Position numbers and translations under genes: made by a program. A stretch of 63,992 nt of DNA, the filler included, from Octopus bimaculoides (Eukaryota), in assembly GCF_001194135.2 (NCBI RefSeq). It is 5 parts of 5 records of this genome, joined end to end, with 100 filler letters (N's around TTAATTAATTAA, not from the genome) between each part and the next. Parts side by side here need not be neighbours in the genome. Positions count along the whole stretch, not along the records: positions 27,751 to 55,240 come from NC_069000.1; 4 more parts are not named here. The stretch is one strand, 5' to 3'. Of this stretch, positions 39,327 to 51,461 are shown in pieces; the first letter of the stretch is position 1; every line of letters starts with the position of its first letter. The notes beneath the pieces are model-generated. The model had not been told where the DNA came from. It did not search any database and saw only the letters and a program-made list of their open reading frames with translations.

Positions 39327-40185
39327 TACTGGACAGGTGTGGTGTTTTTACACCTTTCTTTCCATAAGAGAGACTTTTCTTTGTGGTAACTGCATTGAAT
39401 TTACCTTTTAGCAGTTCAAATATGCCACTCAACATATTTAAACTAACCTAAAGTTTGCCTATGCCTCAAAGCGTCCAACCCATGCCAGCATGGACAATGG
39501 ATGTTAAAATGATGACGATGGTTTTAAGTTTTTTTCTTGTCATTTATAGTTTTTCATAGAATTCTTTATAATGTTTAATTTCTTTCCTATGTTTTTAATA
39601 AATCAATATTTTTCTTGCCATATTTCTTTTAAATTAAATTCTTTTATATTTGTACAAAAATACAAAAAAAAAAAAAAATCAATATTTTCATTCTTTTTAT
39701 CTTGAATATAACTTTTTTTCCAGTCAATTTTCAGTAAAAAAAAAAAAATCAATTTGCCTTTTATTTCTGTTCTATTTTACTTTTCTCATAAATAAAAACA
39801 GATGCTCCATCGTCTCTATGTTTTATTAATTGTAACCTTGTTATTTGACCTGGCTGTGATTAAAAAGCCATTAAGTCTCTTGGGCTGGTTTTCTCTGGAT
39901 TTATTGATCAATCGATTACTCAGATAAATAAATAAATAAATAAAAATCGACTAATCAGGGAAGGAATAATGGTAATACTTGTTGCAGGGCTTTTCAGACT
40001 GGCGAGGCTGATGTTTGGTTCAAACATCTGTAGGTTGGTGCCTATTGAGAAAAATATGGCAAAGGATGGGATCACAGAAGACTGCAGTTCATGAAGGGAA
40101 GAAGAAGAGCACAAAGAATTGAGTACAAGGTTTATAAGAATTCTATGGAAATCTATAAATGACAAAAAAATAAAATAAACCAACT

Positions 40186-40400
40186 TGGTGGCTGTGTGGT
40201 AAGAAGCCTGCTTCCCAACCACATGGTTCCAGGTTCAGTCCCACTGATAGGCACCTTGGGCAAGTGTCTTCTATTATAGCCTTTGGCTGACCAAAGCCTT
40301 GTGAGTGGATTCAGTAGATGGAAACTGAAAGAAGCTCATTGTGTGTGTGTGTGTGTGTGTCTTTGTGCTTGTGTTTGTCCTTCCCACCACCACTGCTTGA
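40186..40400 (+). mobile_element. SINE family C 5' part
   Basis: GTGGCTGTGTGGTAAGAAGCCTGCTTCCC...GGTTCAGTCCCACT...CCTTGGGCAAGTGTCTT; a further head is at 9690-9778. Confidence 0.8.
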
Positions 40401-41275
40401 AAGGGAGGGAGAGGGGGAGAGAGAGAGTAATACAAGGAGAGGGCAATGTGAGGAAGAGTTAGAAGAGAGAGGGTATGCAATTACCATATTGACTTGTGTA
40501 CAAGTCACACCCCAAGCTTAAAGTTAAGTCAAATCTTGGTATAAAATCTTTTCTCCTCATAGTTTTCACTTTGCCCTGTGTGTAACTCACACACCCAATC
40601 CCCCCCCCCCNNNNNNNNNNNNNNNNNNNNNNNNNCCCCCCAATAAATTCCAATATAAAACTGCAATTTATACCCAAGTAAACGGGGTAGTTATCAAGGG
40701 TGTACATTCTGGGTGTGCTAGGTACGTGCTGCACACCCATCAAAAATGGTAAATCCATTATAAATATTAACCTTACTCATTAATATAATCGCAAATCTTA
40801 ATGGAAAACTTTTGTTATGCCCTTGCTTGAAACAACCACCATATGCCACTGGTAGATATTTGAGATGAACAGAGGGTGTGTTAGAGGCAAAGAGAAAAGA
40901 ACTAGAAGCCTTTGTTGCTGAGAGATTGTTGACCAATGGTCAATGGGTTTCTTTGACTTTTGTTGTTATTGTTCAGCTAACCAAGGAATCATAGACCAGG
41001 CAGGTAGTTGTCTGGATGATGGAATGGGACCCTTGTCCAGTCAGTATATTTAACCATAAAGGTGGGTTAGTAATATTTGAGGAAAATTTGGCTGTTATTA
41101 CTTGCAGGTCAGCCAACTGTATAGAGGTTTCCTTGTTAACTTGAATGAAAGTGGTTTAAGGTATGTTTATAGCAGTGAGTAGTACTCTCGGTATGTGAGT
41201 AGCACTCCAGATAGGTGAGCAGCACTCCGGACACAAGAGTGGTACTCTGGACATGCGACCAGTACTCTGGTGCAA

Positions 41276-42496
41276 GGGCAGTAAGTTTTGAGAGGAGGGG
41301 CTAAGTCGATTACATGTGTTCAGCTGGTACTTATTTTAGTGGCTCTAAAAGGATGAAAGGCATAGTCAACCTTGGCTGTATTTGAACTCAAAATGAGCAG
41401 ACGAATAAAATGCTGCTAAGTATTTTTACCCAGCAGGAAGCTAACAATTCTGCTAGCTTGGCATCTTAATGAAAATAGTAAGAACAATAATTTAAGAAGA
41501 CTAACTCCTCACAAAGAGTAAACCAGCAATAAGAAGAGCACAATGCAATTCATAATAAACAAAGATTGATTCTGTTTATTGAATGGAATAAATTAAACAA
41601 CATTGCAACAGATTGTCCGTCTTCCCTCAAAATGAAGAATGAAAAGAATGCAGAAATACAGAAATTCAAAATATGAACGGGAATAACTGGTGATGTCATT
41701 TTTGTTTGAAATGGAATGCAAGACATTCCTGTTCATATGCTGAGTTGCCAGATTCTGACATTCCGTTCTTTTCATCTTTCATATTTAACCTGAGGCAGAC
41801 AGACAGTTGAAATAGCGCTTAATTTTGTCAGTTCAATAAATAGAATCAATTTCTATTTATTACAAATTGCTCGTCTAATTACTGAAGGCACAAGGCTTTG
41901 AAATTTTGGGGGAGGGGAGGAGTCGATTACATCGACCCCAGTGTTTCACTGGTAATTTATCAACCCTGAAAGGATGACAGGCAAAGTTGACCATGGCAGA
42001 ATTTGAACTCAAAACGTAGCAATGGGCGAAATACAGCTAAGCACTTTGTCCAGCGTGCTAATGATTCTGTCGGCTCGCCATCTTAGTAATAATAATTATA
42101 ATAATCTTTGCATTACAAGTACACATGTAAAGATAGAACTCGCACAAAAATCAGCATTGCTTGGAACTGTAAGAATTCTTTGCAGGGTCCTTGAAGCATG
42201 ACCAGTAAACAAGTGCCACCTTAGTCTTCTGGCTGTGGGCAGCTGACACTTCTCATCATACCCAGCAAAATAAGCTGTGAGTTCTTCATCAAATAATAAT
42301 AATAATGGTTTCAAATCTTGATGCAAGGCCAGTAATTTTGGGGAGGAGTAATTAATTACATTGACCCCATGACCTCAGTGCTCAACAGGGACTTATTTTA
42401 TTGACCCCAAAAGGATGAAAGGCAAAGTTGGCCTTCGTAGAATTTGAACTCAGAACATAAAACTGGGTGAAATGTCACTAAGCATTTTGCCCAGCA
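41276..42496 (-). mobile_element. Three SINE family A copies (41276-41468, 41880-42084, 42306-42496)
   Basis: Same diagnostic blocks, all in reverse orientation. Confidence 0.8.
41545..41870. mobile_element. MITE-like element with 39 bp inverted repeats
   Basis: 41545-41583 vs 41832-41870: 33 of 39 matches, all six mismatches transitions. Confidence 0.6.
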
Positions 42497-42900
42497 TGAT
42501 GATGATGAGGATGATAAAAATAATAACAACATGAACTCTCAGAGAGTGCAAACCTCTGCCAAGGCAACACCAATGTCCTCTCAACAATTAGACAATCTTT
42601 AAAATGGGAATATCTGTAATAAACTCAACTGCTCTCACAAACGAGAATACTAAAAATGAACCCAATTGCTCTCAAAAATTAAGTAAAAAAAAAAAATACA
42701 GGTAAAATAATCCAGAATCCTTGTCCTGTACCAGATCGATCCCAAAATCTAATCAACTCGTGCCAGTCACGAGGCCAAACATCTCTGAAAGTTTCATCCA
42801 AATCTATCCTGTGGTTCTTAAGATATCTTCTCCACAGACAAACAAAAAATCACGACTGGAAACAATACCTCTGCCTCCGCTAAGGCAGAGGTGGTAATAA

Positions 42901-42931
<31 letters not shown>

Positions 42932-43247
42932 AATAATGATAATAATAATAAAGGTTTCTAACTTCAACCAAAAGCCATGAGATTTTGTAGGAATGAACAA
43001 ATAATTAAATCAACTCCAATGTTTGTTACCAACCCTGGAAAGACGTGGGGCAAGTTTAAATCCAGAATGCCAAAACAATATTATTAAATACACCAAAGGG
43101 TTCAGCCTGGAACTCTTTTTTTACCATTTCTTCTATGTAGCTCATCTAACATGGCTTTAGTTTTTTTCGTTCTATAAATGTTTTTAACCAATCACTCAAT
43201 AAGTCATTTCTTGCATTTGGGTCACCAATTCTTTGGTGATGACTTAC

Positions 43248-43337
43248 CTCAGTCTGAGCGAGATGTTGAAATATCGAATCTCCAAGAAATAAAACATCTG
43301 GTTCCTTTTCCACAGACTCACTGAGGAATCTTTCATG
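43248..43337 (-). CDS. PAFAH1B2: PAF acetylhydrolase Ib catalytic subunit (PAFAH1B2/B3 family), internal coding exon with the catalytic Ser
   Basis: 90 nt exon flanked by ttcag acceptor and gtaagt donor; translates HERFLSESVEKEPDVLFLGDSIFQHLAQTE, matching human HNRF...KEPDVLFVGDS. The single invertebrate gene is probably co-orthologous to vertebrate B2 and B3, so the symbol is approximate. Confidence 0.95.
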
Positions 43338-43713
43338 CTGAAAAAGAGAAGTGAAATAAACACAATAATCAATAAACTGATACAATGCAGTGTGATGTGG
43401 GATGTGACAGGAGGAAAGGTTATACAGAACATTAAAAGATCACAAGTATAACAACAACAACAACAATAATAATCCTTTCTGCTCTAGGCCCAAGTCCTGA
43501 AATCATGGGGAAGGGAGATAGTTGATTAGACTGACCCCAATACTCAACTGGTACTTTTTTTTATCAATCCTGAAAGGACGAAAAGCAAAGTCGACCTCAG
43601 TGGCATTTGAACTCAAAACAAAGAAGTAATGTTGCTAAGCATATTTTACTGGTGTGATAACGATTTTGCCAGCGAGCTACAACAACAACAACAACAATAA
43701 TAACGATAATAAT

Positions 43714-44274
43714 AAATACCCTGATGCAGTACCAGGCAGTGGCTCTCATGGTTTCTGATCTTAACTGATTGGAAGTGTTAGCATGTATATTGTTTTGTCT
43801 TAGTATAAAAGATGGGCTACAGCAAATATTCTGCTCAATACCACAGATTTGCTTGTCAGATCCTTGACCTTAACCAGTCGAGCATGTCCCTTAGTGTCTG
43901 ACGATATGTGCATCTCTGACCCCGAGCAGAAGTAGTGGGTGAGCATTATAGCCATGTGTTAAGAGGAATTGTTTGGAGTTTGGATAATTCGCCTTTGGAA
44001 ACATGGGTGTTTCATTCAACATTCTTAAACAACCCTTATTCAGGGACTTTTTGAGCAGGATGGGCTACTCGACCTGAAGAAAATTCTAACTGGGCCCCAC
44101 CTGCATGATCATGTGCTCTTTATCTTGATATGTGATCACCATGTCGTGCACATATGGTTGTGATGCATGTGCCTGGGGTACTGTTATTAGATGGGTAGTC
44201 ATGATGGGTATGCTGGGCTTCATATATTTTACCCCAGTGTCACTTTGAAGGCATGCACTGCTTTCTCACTCAAT
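43714..44274 (+). repeat. Family B repeat, copy 2
   Basis: AAATACCCTGATGCAGTACCAGG...TTTCTCACTCA flanked by (AAT)n on both sides. Confidence 0.9.
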
Positions 44275-44484
44275 AATAATAATAATAATCCTTTCTACTA
44301 TTGGCACAAAGCCTGAAATTTTAGGGGAAGGACCAGTGGATTACATTGATCCCCAGTGCGTAACTGGTACTTAATTTATTGACCCCCGAAAGGATGAAAG
44401 GCAAAGTCGACACCGGTGGCATTTGAACTCAGAATGTGAAGACAGATGAAATACTGCTAAGCATTTCACCACCCGTGAGGGCTC

Positions 44485-44833
44485 AATAATCTATGTGGCA
44501 GTGCCAGGAGATCAACATATTATCATGAAAGAAAGAGAAAAGGTTGATAAATATGAAGACCTGAGAATTGAGATCACCAAGATATGACAGCCGTGAGAGT
44601 CAAACAAATGTTGTTCCTGTTGTTATTTGCATCATTGGATTCTATACCATCCATCACGAAGACACATCCAAGACACTTTAGAAATTCCTTACAATCTTGG
44701 GGTATTACAAAAATTGACTTTACTTAGAACTGCATGCATATTGTGTAAAGTACTTTGTCTGAGGTACTTGTTACTTGACAAACCCCTGGTAGACACAATA
44801 TCTTCAATCTACAATATACTGAGCAACATCTTC
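44485..44833 (+). mobile_element. 3' fragment of a second R4/Dong-like RLE retroelement
   Basis: AVPGDQHIIMKEREKVDKYEDLRIEITKI...VVPVVI...LGVLQKLTLLRTACILCKVLCL, then a short UTR and (AAT)n; clearly diverged from the 56-57.7 kb copy. Confidence 0.8.
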
Positions 44834-45322
44834 AATAATAATAATAATAATAATAATTTCTACTATAGGCACAAGGCCTGAGGTTTTTGTGGGGATGGGG
44901 ATAGTTGATTATATTGATCACAGTACATAACTGGTATTTAATTTATCGACCCCACCCCTACCCAAAGAGGAAGAAAGGCAAAGTCGACCTTGGTGGAATT
45001 TGAACTCAGATCATGCAGATGGACAAAATGCCGCTAAGCATTTTGCCTGGAGTGCTAATGATTCTGCCAGCTTGCAGCCTTCATAATAATAATAATAATA
45101 ATAATAATGTTTCTGATTTAGACACAGGGTCAGCAATTTTGAGGGGGGATAAGCATAAAAATGTAAAAGATGATATCATCAACATGTTCGCTTTGACACC
45201 ATTGAAAATATCATCACCAGCAATACCATCATCACTATAACCAACATCAGCATCACAATACACAAACATACATACATACATACATATATATACACACACA
45301 TACACACATATACACATATACA

Positions 45323-45366
<44 letters not shown>

Positions 45367-45397
45367 TACACACATGCATACATACACACATGTACAT

Positions 45398-45441
<44 letters not shown>

Positions 45442-46364
45442 TATAAATTATAATATGCAACTATTCATACATACATATGTGTTTGGATGCACAATTATGG
45501 GAAAGTAGTACTCAACATCAAAATGAACTTACATTTCTTTAAAGTGGAAGCCATACTCCATCACAACTCAGAGATGAAGGACAAGACGCGGAAACAAATT
45601 AAATAAACACATTTGAACATTCACTCCATCTTAACAACAAGCATTAAACAATTGAAGCCAGAGGCATTTGGCTGGGAAATCATGGCTTCGTTTTCATTTA
45701 GTACGACAATAATTGTGACAATATGGAAACACGATAGAGACAATGAAGAATGTGGGGTGGGAGGGATTTGTGTTTGTTTGTTTGTTTAGATAACCTATTT
45801 ATAGATGTGTTTTTAGAGTGACACACTTCTCATTGGAGTTGCTCTGCCATTTATATAAAAGTAGATGTGTGTGTGTGCAAGTATACATACATTCATTGAT
45901 ATGGCCACACATACGAGCATATATGTATCATAACAATCCATTTGTGAATATGCAAACTTTGAATTTGGGATTTTGCAGCCCCTTTCAACACCACACACAC
46001 ACAAAAAAAAAAAAACAGTTGGCTCCGTTGATAACCCAAGCTGCAAAAAAGGTCTTTGAGGTCTTAATTTCACTGCATGTCTAATTACATATATATGAGT
46101 ACTGTGTGTATAATGTGTGTGTGTATGTATATACACAAACTGAAAGCCCATCACAAACACACATACACACACACACATATATATATATATATAGACATAC
46201 ACAAACACACACATCTATGAGGGCATAGGTGTTTGTACCCCACCACTACTGTTGCACAATTGGTGTTGGTGTGTTTACATCCCTGTAATCTAGCAGTTTG
46301 GCAAAAAGGACTGATAGAATAAATACTAAGGTTTAAAAAAAAAAAGTACTGGGGTCAATTCAGC

Positions 46365-46615
46365 ACGGCCACAGTCGTAGGATCATGGTTTCGATTCCCA
46401 GACCAGGCGTTGTGAGTGTTTGAGCGAAAACACCTAAAGCTCCACAAGGCACTGGCTGGGGGTGGTGGTGAACCCTTCCGTACTCTTTCACCACAGCTTT
46501 CTCTCTCTCTCTCACTTCCTGTTTCTGTTGTACCTGTATTTGAAAGGGCCAACCTTGTCACATTCTGTGTCATGCTGAATCTCCGCGAGAACTACGTTAA
46601 GGGTACATGTGTCTG
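46365..46615 (+). mobile_element. SINE family D, partial
   Basis: GGTTTCGATTCCCAGACC...GAGCGAAAACACCTAAAGCTCCACAAGG...GAGAACTACGTTAAGGGTAC. Confidence 0.8.
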
Positions 46616-46893
46616 TAAGTGAATGGCAGGTATAGAGAACAACATGTAGACAGTGGACAATTGGGAATGATAGCAATTTATTGGCATCGAGAGGTACACA
46701 CTTTTTCCCATATCGAAGTTGCAGGAAAATTTGATAAGTTAATAGTTTCTATATAGCTCAAATACGAGTCCACTGCAATCTTGTAGCAGAAACAGCTGTA
46801 AGCTAATGGAGTTCATTAGATAATCATTTATCCCTTCATTATTCCATTTCCTTATTCCCCTCTATACTCGACTCATGCTTAGTTGGGAAATAT

Positions 46894-47712
46894 ATGTCAA
46901 TGTGTAATGTCAATACCCGTCAGAGTGTAAGTATCTTGAGAGAAAAGCTGAACATTAGAAGCATCAGTTGTGGCGTGCAAGAGAGACGATTGCGCTGGTA
47001 TGGACATGTGGTGAGAATGGAGGAGGATAGCTGCGTGAAAAAGTGCCACACCCTAACAGTTGAGGGAACCCGTGGAAGAGGTAGGCCCAGGAAGACCTGG
47101 GCTGAGGTGGTGAGGCAAGACCTTCGTACATTGGGCCTCACCGAGGCGATGACTACTGACCGAGACCTTTGGAAATGTGCTGTGCGTGAGAAGACCCGGC
47201 AAGCCAAGTAAGATCGTTGCCAGTGCCCCTGGACTGGNNNNNNNNNNNNNNNNNNNNNNNNNNNNNNNNNNNNNNNNNNNNNNNNNNNNNNNNNNNNNNN
47301 NNNNNNNNNNNNNNNNNNNNNNNNNNNNNNNNNNNNNNNNNNNNNNNNNNNNNNNNNNNNNNNNNNNNNNNNNNNNNNNNNNNNNNNNNNNNNNNNNNNN
47401 NNNNNNNNNNNNNNNNNNNNNNNNNNNNNNNNNNNNNNNNNNNNNNNNNNNNNNNNNNNNNNNNNNNNNNNNNNNNNNNNNNNNNNNNNNNNNNNNNNNN
47501 NNTTCGAGCGTGGCCGTTTTCGTGCGGGTGACACGTAAAAGCACCCACTACACTCTGAGTGGTTGGCGTTAGGAAGGGCATCCAGCTGTAGAAACTCTGT
47601 CAAATCAGACTGGAGCCTGGTGTTGCCATCCGGTTTCACCAGTCCTCAGTCAAATCGTCCAACCCATGCTAGCATGGAAAGCGGACGTTAAACGATGATG
47701 ATGATGATGATG
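46894..47712 (+). mobile_element. RTE-clade LINE 3' end with (GAT)n tail (central N gap)
   Basis: RRLRWYGHVVRMEEDSCVKKCHTLTVEGTRGRGRPRKTW...DRDLWK; 3' UTR with GGTTGGCGTTAGGAAGGGCATCCAGCTGTAG; ends AAACGATGATGATG. Confidence 0.92.
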
Positions 47713-47739
47713 ATACCCTAGGCTATTAGTATTGCAATG

Positions 47740-47898
47740 TCTAAGTGAAAAGAAAGTCTGGTGGTGTTAAATCAGGTGATCTTGGTGGCCAAAATCCCTT
47801 AGAAATAATCTATTCACCATAAAAGTCTTGAAGTAGCGTCATGGTGATGTGCAGGATGAAAAAATTCACTGCGGAGTGACGTTTTGAACACCCTGTAT
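47740..47898 (-). mobile_element. Tc1/mariner-superfamily remnant with terminal TACAGGGTG and WPPRSPDLTP motif
   Basis: Minus strand reads TMTLLQDFYGE*IISKGFWPPRSPDLTPPDFLF next to the terminus TATACAGGGTGTTCAAAA. Confidence 0.8.
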
Positions 47899-48692
47899 AT
47901 CTTTGTATGTCTTTACACACACACACACATGACACAAATTTTTATGTTTTTATTCCCTTTGTATTTTATATTGTTTTTTGGTTTCTTTGTTATCATGTGA
48001 CATCATTTATTTCTACTGACCTTGACAATGTTCTTGCTGTTCTTGTTTGTTTGAGCTTTGCCAACAGCCAACTGTCAAAATTAGCTGGGTGAGGAGGAGG
48101 TNNNNNNNNNNNNNNNNNNNNNNNNNNGGGGGGGGGGGGTTGAAAGGTTTTTTATTTGTTTTTAGTTTTAATTATTATTGTTTTTTTTGTTTATATATTT
48201 TAGCGATTTTAGAATTATTCCATTCACTTACTATCATCATCAAGTGTTTTAAATCTGGGTTTTGTCCCCATTAACAGAGGTGGCCAGATCTACCTCAATG
48301 CCATAGCATCTAAGGTAGGCAGGTGCAGCCCACCCCAATCTTTCGGCTGATTGATGCCCATTTTCTTTTGCTATCATGAGGCTTTTTTGGAGTTGGATTT
48401 TCTACAGGGAGCATGCCCTTCCTTACCCTCAACCACAGTTTCTAGACATGAGTGGTCCTAAGACCAAGGCCTCTACCATGATTTTTAAGAAATGTGGTGG
48501 AAAACTAGCTCAAGAAGGCAGGGATGCTACTCCCTGAGACCCCTTTCGGAGCCCCCTACCGGAATATTAATAATAATAATGGTCTCAAATTTGCCTTTCA
48601 AACACTGGAGTCAATGAAATAAAGCATCTGCAAAATTCTGGGGTTGATGATATGGATTAACTCCCTCCTCCTCTCAAAATTGCTGGCTGTGT

Positions 48693-49120
48693 CATCATCA
48701 TCATTTGATGTCCACTTTCCATCTTGGCATGGGTTGGACAGTTTGAGTGAAGACTGGCAAGCCAGGAAGTGGCACCAGGCTCGAATCTGATCTGGCAAAG
48801 GTTTCCACAGCTGGATGTCCTTCCTAACGCCAACCACTCTGAGAGCGTAATGGGTGCTTTTTACTTGCCACCGGCATGGGGGCCAGTCAGGCAGCACTGG
48901 CATCAGCCCTGCTCAAATGGTACCTTTATTGTGCCAGTCAGGCGGCACTGGCATCAATCACAACTATGATTTCACTTGACTCAAGAGGTCTTCTCAAGCA
49001 TAGCATATTGCCAGATGACTGAAGGATACTTTTAAACAGGTCAGTTATGCGACACTGGCATCGGTCACGGCTATGATCTCACTTGGCATGCCGGGTCTTC
49101 TCAAGAACAACATATCTCCA
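48693..49120 (-). mobile_element. Decayed RTE LINE 3' end, reverse orientation
   Basis: CATCATCAT...GGATGTCCTTCCTAACGCCAACCACTC is the reverse complement of the RTE 3' UTR. Confidence 0.8.
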
Positions 49121-49134
49121 TTCATTATTATAGA

Positions 49135-50262
49135 GGGTGGTAAGGTGACAGAGTTGTTAGTACGCCAGATAAAATGCTTAAAAGCATTTCATCTGTCTTT
49201 CCATTCTGAGTTCAAATTCTGCTGAGGTCTACTTTGCCATTCATCTTTGTGGGGTCAATAAAATGAGTACCAGTTGAACACTGGGGTCGATTTAATCAAG
49301 TTGGCCCTTACTCAAAATTGCTGGCCTTGTGCCAAAGTTTGAAATCATCATCATTATTATTATTATACTATTAAAGTAGTGAGCTAGTTCAATCATTAAC
49401 ACACTCGCCAAATTCTTAGTGACATTTCATCTGTCTTTACAGTGTAAGTTCAAATGCTGCCATAGCCAACTTTACCGTACCAATTGAACACTGGGGTTGA
49501 TGCAATTAACTTACTCTTACCCTGAAATTGCTTGGCCTGTACCAAAATTTAAAACAATTATTATTATTATTATTATTATTATTATTGAGTGAAAAAGCAG
49601 TGCATGCCATCAAAGTGACACTGGGGTAAAATATATGAAACCCGGCATACCCATCATGACTACCCATCTAATAACGGTACCCCAGGCACATGCATCACAA
49701 TCATATGTGCACGACATGGTGATCTCATATCAAGATAGATAACACATGACCTTGCAGGTGGGGCTCAGAATTTTCTTCAGGTTGAGTAGCCCATCCTGCT
49801 CAAAAGGTCCCTGAATAAGGGTTGTTTAAGGATGCTGAACAAAACACCCATGTTTCCAAAGGTGAATTATCCAAACCCCAAAGAATTCCTCTCAACACAT
49901 GGCTATGATGCTCCCCCACTACTCCTGCTCGGGGTCAGAGATGCACATATCGTTAGCCACCAAGGGACATGCTCGACTGGTTAAGGTCAAACAACTGACA
50001 AGCAAATCTGTGGTATTGAGCAGAATATTTGCTGTAGCCCATCTTTTATACCAAGTCAAAACAATGTACATGATAACACTTCCAATCAATTAAGATCAGA
50101 AGCCATGAGAGCCACTGCCTGGTACTGCATCAGGGTATTTATTATTATTGTTATAGCATCAAAGGGTGGTGAGCTGGCAAAATCGTTAGCACACAGGGCG
50201 AAATGCTTAGCAGTATTGATTAAATAAGTACCAGTTATGCACTGGGGTCGATGTAATTGACA
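49135..50262 (+). mobile_element. SINE family A copies (49135-49345, 49372-49556, 50162-50262) around inverted family B
   Basis: GGGTGGTAAGGTGACAGAG.., CTGAGTTCAAATTCTG.., (ATT)n spacers. Confidence 0.75.
49584..50140 (-). repeat. Family B repeat, copy 3 (inverted)
   Basis: TTGAGTGAAAAAGCAG...GGTACTGCATCAGGGTATTT flanked by (ATT)n. Confidence 0.9.
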
Positions 50263-50545
50263 ATCTCTGTCTGTCCTTGTTTGGCCCCTCTATGTTTATC
50301 CCCCTGTAGGCAATAAAGAAATAAAAATTATTATAGCACCATATGTCACTGAACCTTAGATGTCTAGATTTACTTGTACTACATTGTTGCTGCTTATAAC
50401 AATCCTTGATTCCTCATCCCACCCACCGTTCAATTAGGGGATTCCTTTAACTGTTGTTATGGACACCTCTTTCACCATTGTAGTTAATAAAACAGACTGC
50501 TGGTGGTTGCTGTTCTTTTTCGTTTTGGTTGTTCTATGCCAGAAT

Positions 50546-50590
<45 letters not shown>

Positions 50591-51039
50591 CTTATTAATC
50601 AACACAAGAATAAGGTGTGAACCATCCTAAACACCTCATTAGAGTTGATGAAATAATTATGATAGTAAACAAATTATTTTTAGCTCTGTTGTCTCATCAA
50701 ATGTTGAGTCATTGGCTTTGGTTGTGACACATACCTGGAGTATTAAGCTTGCTATTCAACCATTCAGCCACCCTTAATTGCAGTGAGGGTAGTAATGGTG
50801 GTGAGGGTGCTTTGGAGAGTGAAAACTTGCTGCTGCTGCTGCTAACTTCTTTTACTTGTTTCAGTCATGGGACTGTGATTATGCTGGGGCACCACCTCGA
50901 AGAATATTTAGTTGAATGTACTTATCTGTCTCTTTTTTTTTTGTTGAACTGCTAAGTTATGAGGACATAAACACACGAACACCGGTTGCTGAGCAGTGGT
51001 GGGGGACAAACGCAAGTACAAAGACACACACATACACAT

Positions 51040-51197
51040 AGGCGCAGGCATGGCTGTGTGGTAAGTAGCTTGCTTACTAACCACATGGTTCCAAGTTCAG
51101 TCCTACTGTGTGGCTCCTTGGGAATGTGTATTCTACTATAGCCTCGGGCTAACCAAAGCCTTGTGAGTGGATTTGGTAGTCAGAAACTGAAAGAAGC

Positions 51198-51228
<31 letters not shown>

Positions 51229-51460
51229 TTGTGTATGTATGTATATTTTTGTGTGTCTGTGTTTGTTCCTCCATCATCACTTGACAACCGATGTTGGTGT
51301 GTTTATGTCTCTGACTTAGCAGTTTGGCAAAAGAGACCGATAGAATAAGTAATAGGTTTTCAAAGAATAAGTCCTGGGATCGATTTCTTCAACTAAAGGC
51401 GGTGCTCCAACATGGCCACAGTCAAATGACTGAAACAAGTAAAAGAATAAAAGAATATAT
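51040..51460 (+). mobile_element. tRNA-derived SINE family C, near full length
   Basis: GGCGCAGGCATGGCTGTGTGGTAAG (A box)...GGTTCCAAGTTCAGTCC (B box)...CCTTGGG core, internal (TA)n, 3' part ending AAGTAAAAGAATAAAAGAATA. Confidence 0.85.
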
Positions 51461-51461
51461 A

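Larger units (their letters stand above)
43474..45080 (-). mobile_element. SINE family A copies (43474-43679, 44289-44470, 44858-45080) interleaved with family B and an R4-like fragment
   Basis: Diagnostic SINE A blocks; the elements are mostly separated only by (AAT)n or (AAC)n. Confidence 0.8.

Noticed and set aside
50700-50790. Candidate PAFAH1B first exon ending at the minus-strand CAG|GTATGT near 50735
   Set aside because: In-frame stop and no NPAA or GDxRW similarity; at most a UTR exon, which is unsupported.
51040-51130. tRNA genes (also 9690-9778, 40186-40250, 53180-53250, 61030-61102)
   Set aside because: A/B boxes are present but continue into SINE bodies, and I could not form a cloverleaf; these are SINE heads.
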